From: Flaccisagitta enflata
Lineage: Eukaryota
Length of the DNA: 64,000 nucleotides
Assembly (NCBI GenBank): GCA_965153355.1
Contig: OZ231126.1
Location: 6,820,001 to 6,884,000, forward strand
Reading direction: 5' to 3'
Shown here one piece after another: positions 19,018 through 33,426 of the stretch. The notes under the pieces were generated by a model. The model was not told the DNA's origin, made no database searches, and worked only from the letters and a program-made list of their open reading frames with translations. Both the position numbers and the translations under genes were made by a program. Numbering within the stretch: position 1 is the first letter of the stretch; each line of letters begins with the position of its first letter.

Positions 19018-20657
19018 CACAACGACACTAGTTGGTATTTATGAGACTCTCGCCACTTGGGGGCACAAACAGCATCTAGATATACTCCGATTGCTACCAG
19101 CTTGTATCACTTTCTGATGTCTCAGAATGTCATCAGGTGCATTAGTGGTGATACTATCTTGGACAAAAAATCTTCCGCTTTTAGCAGTGGTTAAGTTCTA
19201 CCATCAAGCGAATAGAGCTACAGACTCTAGATTAGATGCATTGGAAAGAATTCAGACAACTTCTTCAGATAAGACCTGTAACTGTAACTTGAGTTGTTTA
19301 GCCGCAGCACTCGTCCAAAACTACTGCTTACTGTTCAGTGTGGAAGATTTTTTTAACGCGGTACAGTATAGACTTAGACCCGAAAATTTACCTAGTTCAG
19401 TCAGTAGCTCAATCTTTTGCATGGACCTGCTCAGCGCTTTCCATATTGTATGTTTCAAATTTCAAGGTTCTGGCTTAAATACTTTAGAAGTTATGAGCGT
19501 TTGTTTGAACCATATCAAGCTTAAAAAATTCCAGGAGAATCTTTAAACTTTCTTTTAGAATATGGCCGGCAGAAAAATCTACTAAGTTTTTTTTCAAAAA
19601 AGTCAAATTACAATATTTTGGATCTAGGCGAATCAAGCAATTTCCTATTGATTGTACCCCACTTTTTTTTAGAAAAAAAATCCTCATTAAGGGCTTTTTT
19701 AGGGGCCCTAGGGGCCCCTAAGAAGTTCAAAATTTTGGTCAATGAGATGAACAGAGTTATGTGCATACGCCAAGGTATCTTTCAGGATAAAATTCAAGCA
19801 GATTAGTTCAAGCTAGAGCTCATGGCGTTACTACCTTCGGACCGGCCGCATAAAAAAGAGAAATAAGAAAATTCACAAGGACTCAGATTTAGGATCTGAG
19901 GTCAATCTCTATATAACAGTAAAGCTGTTGAGTGTTGAGGCATGCCCGCCTATAAGGAATACAGCTTCACGTTCCGTAAGGGAGTTTGTAGTTTTTTTCT
20001 CTACATCTGCAACAATGCAGCATGAATTTGCCATGTCTCTTGTACTGCGGGATTGATAGGTACTTCTTTGATAAAGTGGAATCAGGGGCAATGTATTGAT
20101 ATAAATTGGTTGTGGATTATAACCATGCCCAAATAAGAATCGTTCATCGCTTCTTTTTAGTCCCCCAAATAGCACTTATTTTGAAAAATAATAAATAACA
20201 AGTGACCAGCAAATATACACGAGTTCATTGTACAACAACCACCGTCAACTAGACATTTTAATGGACAAACCTCTTACGATGCCTTTTTAGTCGCATGCAC
20301 GCGACTCTACAACCCGCTTTGTCTGTCCGTCCGCTGGTCCGTTTTTTATTGCTTTTAGTTATTCTTAGTTATTGTAGGTTATTTTTAGTCATTCTAAGTC
20401 ATTCTAAGTCATTCTGAGTCAATCTAAGTCATTGAAAGTCATTTTAAGTAAATTCAATTTAGAGAGAGAAAGTCACTTAAGTCAATTTGGTCAATTTAGT
20501 CATAGACTCATATAAGTCATTTAACATCATTTTATGTCTTTTTTAAGTCATCTTGAGTCATTATAAGTCAATTTGATTCATCCTAAGTTATCTATGTCCC
20601 GCATACGACTTATGGGTGTTGGCCTTGTTTCTACTTCAAAGGACGTAAAATGAAGAG

Positions 20658-21271
20658 TACGCTGAGGAGAATACACTTTTTTTCATGCAGGCACCCAGAG
20701 GAGGGCCCAGATTTTTTCCTTTTGATGTAACTAATGTGTTACAAAAATTTCAGGACCATAGCCGTTCTTAAACATTCATCATATTGCACCTGAAAAATAG
20801 TTCATCCTTAAGGGGGCCCAAATTTCAAAATGGTTTTTCCTCAAATCCGATGCCAGATTCAGATTCCTTGTAAAAAATCATGTCAGATACTATATTTACT
20901 TTTTTCAAAATTTTGTTTTTAAGCTGAAAAAATGCAAAAAACCTCAAAAAATAGGTTTTTTTTTCAAAACAAAGTCTTTTTTAAGATTTTTTGCATTTTT
21001 TTCAGCTTAAAAACAAGAATTTGAAAAAAGTAAATATAGTATCTGACATGATTTTTTACAAGGAATTTAAATCAGGCATCCATTTTGAGGAAAAATGATT
21101 TTGAAATTTTGGCCCCCTTAAGGATGAGCCATTTCTCAAGTGCAATATGATGAATGATCAAAAACATCTATGGTCCTGAAATTTTTAGAATACATTAGTT
21201 ACATCAAAATGAAAAAATCCAGGCCCTCCTCTGGGTCCCTGCATGAAAAAAAGTGTATTCTCCTCAGCGTA
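20658..21271. mobile_element. Foldback MITE, hAT-like (8-bp TSD)
   Basis: Almost entirely self-complementary (tacgctgaggagaatacac...gtgtattctcctcagcgta); ATGAAGAG duplicated on both flanks. Confidence 0.9.
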
Positions 21272-24200
21272 ATGAAGAGATGAACGAAATAGATGGAGAA
21301 TGACAAACTTTACTCGTTGAAAGCGTTTTTGAAAAGAAACGGACCGACCAACAGATCAACGTACTGACAGACAGTAAGAAAGTAGCCATCTTGTAGTTTA
21401 TTACACAAATAAGAATGAAGAAAGGAAGTTTTAATCACGAATGAAATGTTGAAACCGTCGAAAGCGATTTTGCTCAGTTTTTCGCAATGACGTAAGTAAA
21501 CACAACAAAGACACAACAAAGGCTAAACGCGACGCGGCGCAGTTTTGACGCTCTTTCGCAGGTGACAGAATTATGTTTATTGACTTTCTGCTCTTTCTAC
21601 GCGAATGAGAAGGTAGACGAAGAGGAGGAGGAGAAGGAGGAGGAGGAGGAGGAGGAGGAGAAAGGGGAGGAGGAGGAGGAGGATGGGGAGGGGGAGGAAG
21701 ATGAGGAGTGGCACGAGTTTGAAAGTGAAGAGGAGAAAGGATCGAAGTGGCTCAAGATGGCGCCTGAACGTGGAATCGCGATCAGGGATGTAATTGAATT
21801 AACATATAGATGGGTTAGCATTGAGGTATGGCCATATATGGACCATAAGTATGGAAGTAATTCAATCAACTTTGGGGTAGAGACCACAGGATGAAATTGG
21901 GATAAGTTTGGGGTAATGGGTCTGGCTCCCCTACGCCACACTCCACACTGGAAAATAGGGCATGCTTACCCGTCTGTACCATCTGTCTGGAGTCTGTGAG
22001 AGCAATGGTTTACATTTTTGTACATAGAGGCCACCTCTATTGATTGCCAGAAAGTGCAATGAAAACAAAAAACTATCACTCCCCTACAGCTTCTCCTGCC
22101 TCTCAGCTGTCTCTGCTGTTCCTCAGCTGCTTTTTGGTCCCGTTTTTTAAGGGAGAAAATCGATGAAAGATGCGATGATGGATTTCCATCATGCAATGAG
22201 CAGATATTGCAACTATTTTCCATGTGCTATAACTCCTAAAGTGATAAAAAGTGTATCTTCAGATTTTGAACCTAGAATCGTTATTGCCATAGCTACAGAT
22301 AGAGCCTAGTCTTTCCATGGCAAAAGGCGGCAATGGATTTTTTTTCTGTCTCAGTAATGATATAAAGAGGAAAACATTACTTAAAGTAACTTTCTGGGCA
22401 ATACAAGATAAAGAATTGTTCAAAACTGGTGTGGATCACTTTCCATAAGGCCTATCTATAGATCTATCAATCAAAAATTGAAATAAAAAATTCATTGTTT
22501 ATTCGCCATATTACTAAAAAAACGCCCTTAGTGCACTCGCTTTTTCACTCGATCCATAAAGGGGTCACTCACCAGTGCCTGGCGGGACTTGGGTCCCGAG
22601 GTCCCGACATGCCGGGACATGACCCTGTCCTGAATTCCCGGGACCTAATGCATATCCCGGCCCTCTGCCTCCTCCTTCTCCTCCTCCTCCATCTCTTTTT
22701 TATGATGGCGGAAAAACATTTTTTTCTATATTCTTTTTTAAATTCATGGTAAATTTTCTGTGATCATTTTCGAATTACAGAAAAAAAAATGATTACATTG
22801 ATTAGTAGTTCTTTTTTAAAACTTCTCAATCTTTACTATCTATTTTTCACTTTTCATTCTTTTTTTTTCTGGTATTCATTTTTTTTTAATATCTTTTTTT
22901 TTAATTTTTCAATTGTCTTTTAAATCTTTTTTATATGTCATAATTCTTATATTCTATCATTTTTTGCATTCTTTGTCACTTTTTGTCATTCTTTGTCTTT
23001 TTTTGCATTTTTTGTCATTTATGCATTTTATCTTTTTAGTTTTTTTTCAAATTTATTTGCATATATATTTCATTCTAAAAATAAAAAGAAATATTTCATT
23101 TTAAAACAATTCAAAAACACATTTTGAAATGATTGATCATTCTCCCATATGATTAACTCGCGATCATTACAAAAGAATTAGAATGAGATTTAGAATGAGC
23201 TCCAGTCTTCTCTCTCACTCTCTCTCTCTCTCTCTCTCTTCTCTTACCAACAATTTACAACAAAGAAAAAATTTGAAGTCAGGCAAGGAATAATCAGTAA
23301 TCGCAATTGGGGATAATCTTAACATCCGGTCATCGATAACCAAACATCAGAACATCGAGTCTCAAATTAAATTCAAACTAATGACAAATGGGTTTCTGGA
23401 GTTGCAGGATGTTCAACTTTCTTTTTTATTTCAAGTCGCTTATTTCTTTTTGCTTTTGGGCAGCGGCCCCAAAGGGGCCGATGACCTATGCTTTTACACA
23501 TAGGGGAAATTTCTCCTTCTTCTTCTTCTCCTTCTCCTTCTTCTCCTTCTTCTCCGTCCCCCCCCCCCCTCAAGACCCAAATCCTAGTCTCGAGACCCAA
23601 ATCCTATCTTCAAGTCTCAAATCCCCGCGTTGAAGCTCAAATACCAGCTTCCAAGCTCAAATCCCTGCCCCAAAGCTCAAATCCCAACCTCAAAGCTCAA
23701 ATCCCAACCTCAAAGCTCAAATCCCAGCCTTGAAGCTCAAATCTTAGCCTTGAAGCTGAAATCCCAGCCTCAAAGCTCAATTCCCAGCCTCAAGGCCCTA
23801 ATCCAAGCCTCAAGGCCCCCATTCCAGCCTCCATGCCCTAATTCCATCCTTGAGGCCCAAATAAAAACAGCATAGGTCATCGGCTCCTTCGGGGCCGCTG
23901 CCCCTCTAACCACCTCAAACCACCATACACTCACATAGGGGCAACGGGTACCGCTGACCATCTAACGCTTTTGCGACTATTTTTTTTGTTGTTAACAATT
24001 TTCAACAGTATTCTAAAAAGAAGTATATTAGGCAGATTTTTTTTTACCATTACCTTGTACCAAAGCCCTATACCGAGTCTCGGTACTGCCCCTGCCCATA
24101 CCGAGCTCCCGACTTCCGGTATCCGGCCCTACCATGCCGAGGAACCGGCCGACCCTGCCCATAGGGTCCCGCAAGGCATTGTCACTCACTCACTCCGCTC

Positions 24201-24707
24201 ACTCCCAGTGGAATTTATCAATACTTGTCCACGCTGTAAACGCCACTAAAGGGAACAACTGTGATTGTTGTCGTCAGTAGAAACACGCCCTTGATGAGTT
24301 AGAGATAGATAAATGAGAAATAAAGGGACATGAGACAAAGAGAGAGACATACAAATTAATGGGAATGATTGTTTTTTATGTCGTCAGAAGGAACAAGCCC
24401 TCATCACGTCTTTGAGCACGCGTACAAACTACATCCGGGTTTTCCCCTCATCACGTCTTTGAGCATGCGTACGAACTACATCCGGGTTTTCCTCGGTCTC
24501 AGAAATGCGAGTGGAGACCTCTTCGGTGTGGAGCTGAAACAAGGTTTTATATCCAATGGGAATAAAAGCGTGTTTGAAACGACATCCAATAACCGCGTTG
24601 TCTTCTACTCGCCGATGTTGTCAACATTAGCCTCAGGGGTAATTGTTCGTGGAGGCGAGGGTTGTTGCTGTTGATGGTGTGGTTAAATTACCGTCGTGGA
24701 CTCGTAA

Positions 24708-25197
24708 TACACTTTTTTTTTATAAGAACCAAGTTTATAAGAACATTAGGCTTCAAATCGTCAAAAATTTAAAAACATGCTTTGAACATTGGAAGGCTTT
24801 ATTTCCTAAAAAATTTAAGATCATTAGGCTTAAAATCTTAAAATTTAAGAACATTTTTTTTCTGGGCTTTCTTTTAATCAATTATTCTTTGTAAATAGAC
24901 AGATTATCTTTTCTGTTCAGCAAATTATGTCTCAATTTATATAGCACTTTCTACTACTTTCATTAATTTTAGTTCACTTAGAATGTTTAAACCTGCTGCT
25001 TTATTGCTTTATTAGCATTTTCCTTCATCTTCCCCTTAATGACAAACTTGAACTAATTAAGAACGTTCCTAATTGAAGGTTAAAATGTGCATTTTGATTA
25101 AGAACAATTTAAGAATGTTCAAACCTTAAAACTGCTCAAAATTTAAGAACATTGAAGGCTTTCCCAATAAATGACGTTCTTATAAAAGAAAAGTGTA
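24708..25197. mobile_element. TA-flanked MITE
   Basis: tacacttt..ttttataagaac ... gttcttataaaagaaaagtgta; an end fragment is also at ~17333. Confidence 0.75.
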
Positions 25198-25424
25198 AGT
25201 AACATGATGGCGAATCTTCATCGCAAGCACCGGAAGTAGAACTGAAACTATCACTTGTAATTTCATGATGGAGATACAGTGCGGAAGCAGGGGAAGGGGT
25301 GGGGGCCCAGCTCTTATTGAGCTCTCTCTTAATCCTCTCTCTCCAATCCTCAATTGTCTGTCTTTCCCCTATATATATCTGTCTCTCTCTCTTCCCCTCT
25401 CTGCCTCTGATGATGTTTCCTAAA

Positions 25425-26228
25425 GGCAGTTTCTCCTATAAACCGGCCCGGCCAAAATCAAGCGCCTGATTGAGTTAACATTGAAAAAAATAACATAATT
25501 CAGTTATAGTTGCATCTATCAGCTTGAAATTTTGGTTGCAGGCTCAGAATTTGATACTTTTTCAAGTCATACTGAAAAAATCACTTAAAGTCTTGAACTA
25601 AGTTCAATTATATACATTTTTGTGAAAAACAGTGTAACATAAGTGTGACAAGGTGTTAACTTGATAGGACACTTTCTTAAAAAATCAATATCTCTGGCTA
25701 GAAATGACATAAAGTTCCGAAATTTGGCATGTAACCTGGGTTATGTCTTTACTAAACAGGGAACAAAAAAAAATTTTACATCATACTCTAAAATATGTTT
25801 TATCATGTATTATATATTGATATATCAAGATCAGATATTTCATCATTTTTGATAAATCAACTATAAATGAAATTTTTGCATAGTAAATTTCCACCAGTCC
25901 TCATCAAATTTTTGATGCGTCTTTAGGGATCACAATGGTACAAAAATGATCTATCATTGGAAAGGCTTGACAATTCTTTTACGGTTTTATTGTAGTAGAT
26001 ATGAAGTGTGACACAAGTGTGACAGGAAAAATAGACTGTTTTGGCTCTACTTTTGGCTACCTAACCTATGAAAATCTTGAGTTTGAAGGATGTGTGTTGA
26101 GAACTTTGTCCCAAAGGATGTCTTAGAACAGCTTTCATTATCAACAGAATGATAAGTAAAAGAAAACAATGTTTTTTTTGCTGCCAATTCATGTTTTTCA
26201 GCCGGTCCACTTTATAGGAGAAATTGCC
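25425..26228. mobile_element. TIR element with apparent 4-bp TAAA duplication
   Basis: ggcagtttctcctataaa ... tttataggagaaattgcc, with taaa on both flanks. Confidence 0.7.
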
Positions 26229-26778
26229 TAAAGTGGATTCGAAAATTCAGGTAATTTTTAGTTGCGGACACGCGACTATATAAGAGGCTTTGTTCGTCCG
26301 TCCGTCCGTCGGTCAGTCGGTCCGTTGGTCCGTCGGTCCGTCGGTCCGTCGGTCTGTAACCCACGAGTCGAAAAATGGGAAAACGCGCATTTCCGCCGCT
26401 GCCCACCCGTCCGCAACTGGTGGCCGTGTATCCGGCCTTGTTATCTTTCGCACTGTATCTCCATCATGAACTTACGAGTGATTGTTTTAAATAACGTGAT
26501 ATTGTATTGCTGCTTCCTTATTCGATTTTGTTTTTCTCACGAAGTTTACTCAAAGGTGTTGATGTAGATGGTGTTGAAAAAAAAACTGTTTCTTCTGTTG
26601 TTCTGATGTCCTAGAATAGTGTTTTTACTACGGTTGTTGACAATGCTGTCCTCAGAGACAGCATTTTTGTTGTCGTTGTCTTCGTCGGTTTGTTTTTTCA
26701 ACCCCCTAGAAATAGCATATCGGTTATCTCTGCGGACGCCAAACAGATAAGACCTTTATAAGGGGGAAGGGGAATCTA

Positions 26779-26922
<144 letters not shown>

Positions 26923-26957
26923 GAGAGACAGACAGACAGACACACAGACAAACAGAC

Positions 26958-27066
<109 letters not shown>

Positions 27067-27091
27067 GACAGAGAGAGGCAGACAGACAGAC

Positions 27092-27172
<81 letters not shown>

Positions 27173-27710
27173 GATAGAGATAGAGATAAATATATATAGA
27201 GAGAGAGACAGAGACAGAGAGAGACAGAGACAGAGAGAGCATTTGGTATGGTTGAATATGATGAGGATCTAGGTGAATAGGAAGATCTTAAGAGGGTGGA
27301 TAACTTGAATAAGATGAGGACGTCGTTCATTTATCCAGCGACATCACGTCTTTCGATTGAACGAATCATCGCGACCACAAAAATTTGTCACCGCCATTGT
27401 CACCACCATTGTCATCATCCCTGTCACCGCCATTGTCACCATCGGCCATCGTTGTCACCGCCATTGTCACCACCCCTGTCACCATCATTGTCACCATCAT
27501 TGTCACCACCATTGTCACCATTGGCCATCGTTGTCAACCATCCGCGACAATTTTGTAACCCCACGTTTCTTGTTTTTCACCACTTCTCTTATAAAATCAA
27601 TTACCTATGAGTATTTATCCTGGTGACATGTTAGACACCTACATAAGTATATTCGACAAAGATTTCTACGTCTTGTGGCGAATTGTGATCGCAAGCACCA
27701 GTAGAAGAAC

Positions 27711-27891
27711 TAGAACAATCACTTGTAATTTCATTATGAAGGATACAATGCAAATGCAGAACAGAAGTTTGCCTGAATTTTCGAATCCACTTTGGGATGA
27801 TGTTTCCCAAAGTTGATTCGATATTTCAGGCAAACTTCTTTTCTCCATTTGCACTGTATCCTCCATAATGAAATTACAAGTGATTCTTCTA
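27711..27891. repeat. ~180-bp imperfect hairpin (inverted repeat with short loop)
   Basis: tagaacaatcacttgtaatttcattatg...ctttggga tgatgtt tcccaaag...cataatgaaattacaagtgattcttcta; one arm is homologous to 25220-25282. Confidence 0.85.
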
Positions 27892-27928
27892 TTTCTTTGT
27901 CTTAGGTTATTCTCGGAGAGAGAAGGCC

Positions 27929-28490
27929 TTTTTTGGGCAGCGGCCCCGAAGGGGCCGATGACCTATGCTTTCACACAGGAGAAATTTTCTCCTCCTTCTC
28001 CTCCTCCTCCTTCTCCGTCCCCCCCCCCACTTTCAGCCTCGAGACCCAAATCCCAGCCTTGAGGCCCAAATCCTAGCCTCGAGGCTCAAATCCCAGACTC
28101 GAGGCCCAAATCTCAGCCTTGTTGCCCAAATCTCAGCCTCGTTGCCCAAATCTCAGCCTCGAGGCCCAAATCCCAGCCTCGAGGCCCAAATCCCAGCCTC
28201 AAGGCCCAAATCCCAGCCTTAAGGCCCAAATCCCAGCCTCTAGGCCCAAATCCCAGCCTTGAGGCTAAAATCCCAACCTCAAGGCTGAAATCCCAGTCTC
28301 GAGGCTCAAATCTCAGCCACGAGGCTCAAATCCCAGCTTCAAGGCCCCAATTCCAGCCTCCAGGCTCAAATAGAAACAGCATAGGTCATCGGCCCCTTCG
28401 GGGCCGCTGCCCCTCTTACCACCTCACACTCTCATACACACACATAGGGGCAACGGTTACCGCTGACCATCTAACGCTTTTGCGACTATT
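27929..28490 (+). mobile_element. Non-autonomous element family B1 (subterminal inverted repeats + internal 20-bp tandem array; Helentron-like)
   Basis: ttttgggcagcggccccgaaggggccgatgacctatgc ... (gaggcccaaatcccagcctc)n ... gcataggtcatcggccccttcggggccgctgccc, then a ~80-bp tail ending gggtaccgctgaccatctaacgcttttgcgactatt. Other copies at ~3640-4230, 23454-23982, 42028-42668 (-), 42679-46130 (-, interrupted), 51198-51425 (partial). Confidence 0.75.
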
Positions 28491-28955
28491 CAGAATATGC
28501 CCTCATTAAGTCTGATTAATGGAAAACTATGAGTGGTGCGCGTGTTTTGAGGGATATTATTCCACGCTTACACTTGTCATAAAAGAATCTCATCTGCTTT
28601 ATAATCGCATAAGATGAATTTCATGCATGTGTGTAGAAACAACACGTCTGCAATACACAACACGCATGTGTACATAAACAACACACCAGGAAAATACACC
28701 ACGCAGTCATCAATTATGAATGATCCACCAAAAGGCGTTTTTCAATTTTCACTCGTGTAGATAAAAAAAAAATATCACAAAACGTTAGCGGTAATAGTAA
28801 TATCCGCATCCATATCACCGCAAAGCGAAAATGGATTTTCGGTTTCTCTACTTTTTAGTCGCGTGCACGCAACTCAACAGCCCACTTTGTCCGTCCGTCC
28901 GTCTATTGGTCCACTCGTTGGTTAATCTTTACTTCTTTTACTTTTTCGGCGTTTA

Positions 28956-29546
28956 TAACCATGAGTGCAATGAAAATGGCCGATTTTTCAACAGCTTTGA
29001 GCACAGGTTTTGGTCAAAAAATTCTTGGGACCATCCTAAAATTCATGCATTGTAGAATCCTATTAAAATTATCTCTCATTTGAGCAGCAAATTTTTTCTC
29101 AATTCTTTTAGAAAATATGACAGATTAAGGGCTAACAACTAAATTGCCACCTCATGAAAAAAGGGCTGAATTTGTCACTCGGATTTTTTGAAATGTCTTA
29201 GATGAGTAAAAATGATAGAAGATCTCAATCAATTTCGATGAAACTTTAGGGGCTAGTTGACCTGTATTTGCCCCAACATCAGTTCAATCTTTATTGATAT
29301 CGGGCGACGTCTTCTGTGATTTTTTATGAAACTTTGTAAAGACACAATGGGCAGTTTCAAAGTTAAGCGGTTTTGCTAATCTTACTCTCATTTGCATATT
29401 CATTGAGTTAGTGGTCCCACAAAAGTTTCAAATGAAAGATCTTTTGAAGGGCTTTCAAGGTGTCATGAATTTTGCTATGCTCATATGAATTTTTGATCCT
29501 TTACAGACCTTTCAAAAATCGGCCATTTTTATTGCACTTATGGTTA
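28956..29546. mobile_element. TIR MITE nested in a HINE-A copy
   Basis: taaccatgagtgcaatgaaaatggccgattttt ... aaaaatcggccatttttattgcacttatggtta. Confidence 0.78.
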
Positions 29547-30176
29547 GGCGGTTATTACATTACTTTTGCCTGAATGCTTGGTGAGCCTTTTTTCTTAACT
29601 GCCCCTACCCACCCGCACATGACTTGGGTAGCCGTGTATCCGGCCTTGTTTTTCCATTCCTCTACTTTTACCTTTGATCTTTCCTCCTATTTTCCGTCGT
29701 GTACACGCTACTCCACATGTTAGCACGTCGGTCCGTCCGTCCGATTGTACAATCGTCCGATAATACAATTATCATAAAGATTTTTTTTTTACCCTTTTTT
29801 ATTCATTAATTGATTCATCCTTTCATTCCTTTATTTATTCATTCATTCAATAATTCATTATTCATTCATTCATTCATTCACTCATTCATTTATTTATTCA
29901 TTTCTTCATTTATTAATTACTTCTTTATTCTACCATTTATCCAATCATTCATACCGCAAATAATTCATTCATTCATTCATTCATTCATTCATTCATTCAT
30001 TCATTCATTCATTCATTAATTCATTCATTCCACCATCCATTCATTCATTCATTCATTCATTCATTTCACCATTCAGTCATTCTTGATCGGATATGGCTGC
30101 TGTTCAAGCAGTGACATCTTTCGGGTATAATTGCGATATGAATATTTGATGATGTTTCCGAGGAACGACGGAGGCA

Positions 30177-30293
<117 letters not shown>

Positions 30294-30346
30294 GTCTCGC
30301 GAAAATTGTCAAAATGGAAAAGAGAGCTAATAAATTAGGCAGTGAA

Positions 30347-31266
30347 GGTCGGTACAGGTGCCACCGGGAATTTTTTGCAGCCAGCTTCCTGTGCAGATGT
30401 CACCAGTTTCTGTACTAGATGTCACCAGTCTCTATTGTAGATGTCACTAGTCTCTGTATTAGATGTCACCAGTCTCTGTCGTAGATGTCATCAGTTTCTG
30501 TTGAAGTTGGCACCAGTCTCTATTGTAGATGTCACCAGTCTTGTTGTAGATGTCACCAGTCTCTATTGTAGATGTCACCAGTCTTTGTTGTAGATGTCAT
30601 CAGTCTCTGTTGTAGATGTCACCAGTCTCTGTTGTAGATTTCACCAGTCTCTGTTGTAGATGTCACCAGTCTCTGTTGTAGATGTCGCCAGTCTCTGTTG
30701 TAGATGTCACCAGTCTCTGTTGTAGATGTCACCAGTCTCTGTATTAGATGTCACCAGTTGTAGACGTCACCAGTCTCTGTTGTAGATATCGCTCGCCTCT
30801 AGTGCAGATGTAACAAGCTATTGGTGCAGATATCACTGGTCTCGTTGCAGATGTTGCCGGTCTTTGGTACATATGATGGAAAAAAGATTTAAAGCAAGGG
30901 TCGGTACAGGTGCCACCGGTAATCTTTTGCAGCCAACTTCCTGAGCAGATGTCACCAGTTTCTGTATTAGATGTCACCAGTCTCTGTTGTAGATGTCACC
31001 AGTCTCTGTTGAAGATGGCACCAGTCTCTATTGTAGATGTCACCAGTCTCTGTTGTAGATGTCACCAGTCTCTGTTGTAGATGTCACCAGTCTCTGTTGT
31101 AGATGTCACCAGTCTCTGTTGTAGATGTCACCAGTCTCTGTATTAGATGGCACCAGTCTCTGTATTAGATGTCATCAGTCTCTGTATCAGATGTCATCAG
31201 TCTCTGTGATAGATGTCATCAGTCTATGTTGTAGATGTCACCAGAATCTGTTGTAGACGTCACCAG
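30347..31266. repeat. 22-bp minisatellite in two blocks, each preceded by the same ~50-bp leader (higher-order duplication)
   Basis: Unit gtagatgtcaccagtctctgtt; leader ggtcggtacaggtgccaccgg at 30347 and 30899. Confidence 0.92.
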
Positions 31267-31285
31267 CACGAGCTTTCTTACTACA

Positions 31286-31377
<92 letters not shown>

Positions 31378-31697
31378 TTTGACCTTGTATAATTATGTAA
31401 ATTGTTAAGTTTTCCATCTCGTCTCGAATGTCAAAGAAATCTTTTTTTAAAAAGCAATGGATGTATCACAACAATTATCAACGGTTCAAGCGAATTACAA
31501 AATCAGTCCTTCTATATCATTTTGAAAAATCAAAATGTCATTATTTCGACGTTGACAATATTCACAGAAACGATAAAATATTTCTAAAAAAACCCGAATG
31601 TCTCTCTATGACTCTGTTTTAAATGCCCAACTTTCTTTTCTCCGAGCGGTCGTCGCTTATGACATGAGCTGCATCGAAGGCAAAATACCACGTATAA

Positions 31698-33426
31698 TAA
31701 AAACAAGGCCAACACCTATAAGTCGCGTGCAGGACAAAAATAACTGGACTGACCTGACTCCTTATTGTATCTTTTTATCAAAATCAGACTTGAACCAGAC
31801 CCAGACCAGACTCAAACCAGACTCAAACCAGACTCAAACCAGACTCAAACCAGACCCAAACCAGACTCAAACCATACTCAAACCAGACTCAAACCAGACT
31901 CAAACCAGACTCAAACCAGACTCAAACCAGACTCAAACCAGACTCAAACCAGAATTAAACCAGACTCAAACCAGAATTAAACCAGACTCAAACCAGACTC
32001 AAACCAGACCCAAACCAGACTCAAACCAGACTCAAACCAGACTCAAACCAGACTCAAACCAGACTCAAACCAGGCTCAAACCAGACCCAAACCAGACTCA
32101 AACCAGACTCAAACCAGACTCAAACCAGACTCAAACCAGACTCAAACCAGACTCAAACCAGACTCAAACCAGACTCAATCCAAACTCAAACCAGACTTAA
32201 ACCAGACTTAAACCAGCAGACTTAAACCAGCAGACTTAAACCAGCAGACTTAAACCAGCATACTTAAACCAGCAGACTTAAACCAGCAGACTTAAAACAG
32301 CAGACTTAAACCAGCAGACCTAAACCAGCAGACTTAAACCAGCAGACTTAAACCAGCGGACTTAAACCAGCAGACTTAAACCAGCAGACATAAACCAGCA
32401 GACTTGAATCAGCAGACTTAAACCAGAAGACTTAAACCAGCAGACCTAATCCAGCAGACTTAAACCAGCAGACTTAAACCAGCAGACTTAAACCAGCAGA
32501 CTTGAACCAGCAGACATAAACCAGCAGACTTAAATCAGGAGACTTAAAACAGAAGACTTAAACCAGCAGACCTAAACCAGCAGACTTAAACCAGCAGACT
32601 TAAACCAGCAGACTTGAACCAGCAGACTTAACCAGCAGACCTAAACCAGCAGATCTAAATCAGCCAACTTAAACCAGCAGACTTTAACCAGCCAACTTAA
32701 ACCAGCCAACTTAAACCAGCCAACTTAAACCAGCAGACTTAAACCAGCAGACCTAAACCAGCAGACCTAAACCCGCAGCCCTAAATCAGCCAACTTAAAC
32801 CAGCTGACCTAAACCAGCCAACTTAAGCCAGCCAACCTACACCAGCCAACTTAAACCAGCCAACCAAAAATGACCAAAAATGACCAAAAATGACCAAAAT
32901 GACCAAAAATGACCAAAATGACCGAAATGACCGAAATGACCGAAATGACTGAAAATGACCAAAAATGACCAAAAATGACCAAAATTGATCAAAAATGATC
33001 AAAAATGATCAAAAATGACCAAAATGACCAAAAATGACCAAAAATGACCAAAAATGACCAAAAATGACCAAAAATGACCAAAAATAACCGAAATGACTGA
33101 ATTGACCGAATTGAACGAAATGACCGAAAATGACCAAAAATGACCAAAAATGACCTAAAATGACCAAAAATGACCAAAATGACCAAAATAACCAAAATGA
33201 CCAAAATGACCAAAAATGACCAAAAATGATAAAAAATGACCAAAAACAACCAATAATTCTCAAAAACACCAAAAAAATGATTCAAAATAACTCCAGACGA
33301 CCCAAAATGTCAAAAAACGATGCAAAAAAGCTAAGTGTTACCGACCGACCGACGGACCGACCGACCGACGGACCGACCGACGGACCGACGGAGTGGGTTG
33401 TAGAGTCGCGTGCACGCGACTAAAAA
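31698..33426 (-). mobile_element. Helentron-associated non-autonomous element (HINE/DINE-1-like), family A, with 1.45-kb internal tandem array
   Basis: On the minus strand: 5' ttttagtcgcgtgcacgcgactctaca palindrome, (GGTC)n microsatellite, central repeats, subterminal gcacgcgact, 3' ggccttgtttt. Inserted in a T run without TSD; empty site in the paralogous block near 62775. Confidence 0.8.

Noticed and set aside
19030-19550. 139-aa ORF of ordinary composition
   Set aside because: No recognisable motif or splice context; probably a TE remnant or chance ORF.
31598-32200. 200-aa ORF with LKPDSNQTQTR repeats
   Set aside because: Translation of the 11-bp internal array of a HINE element.
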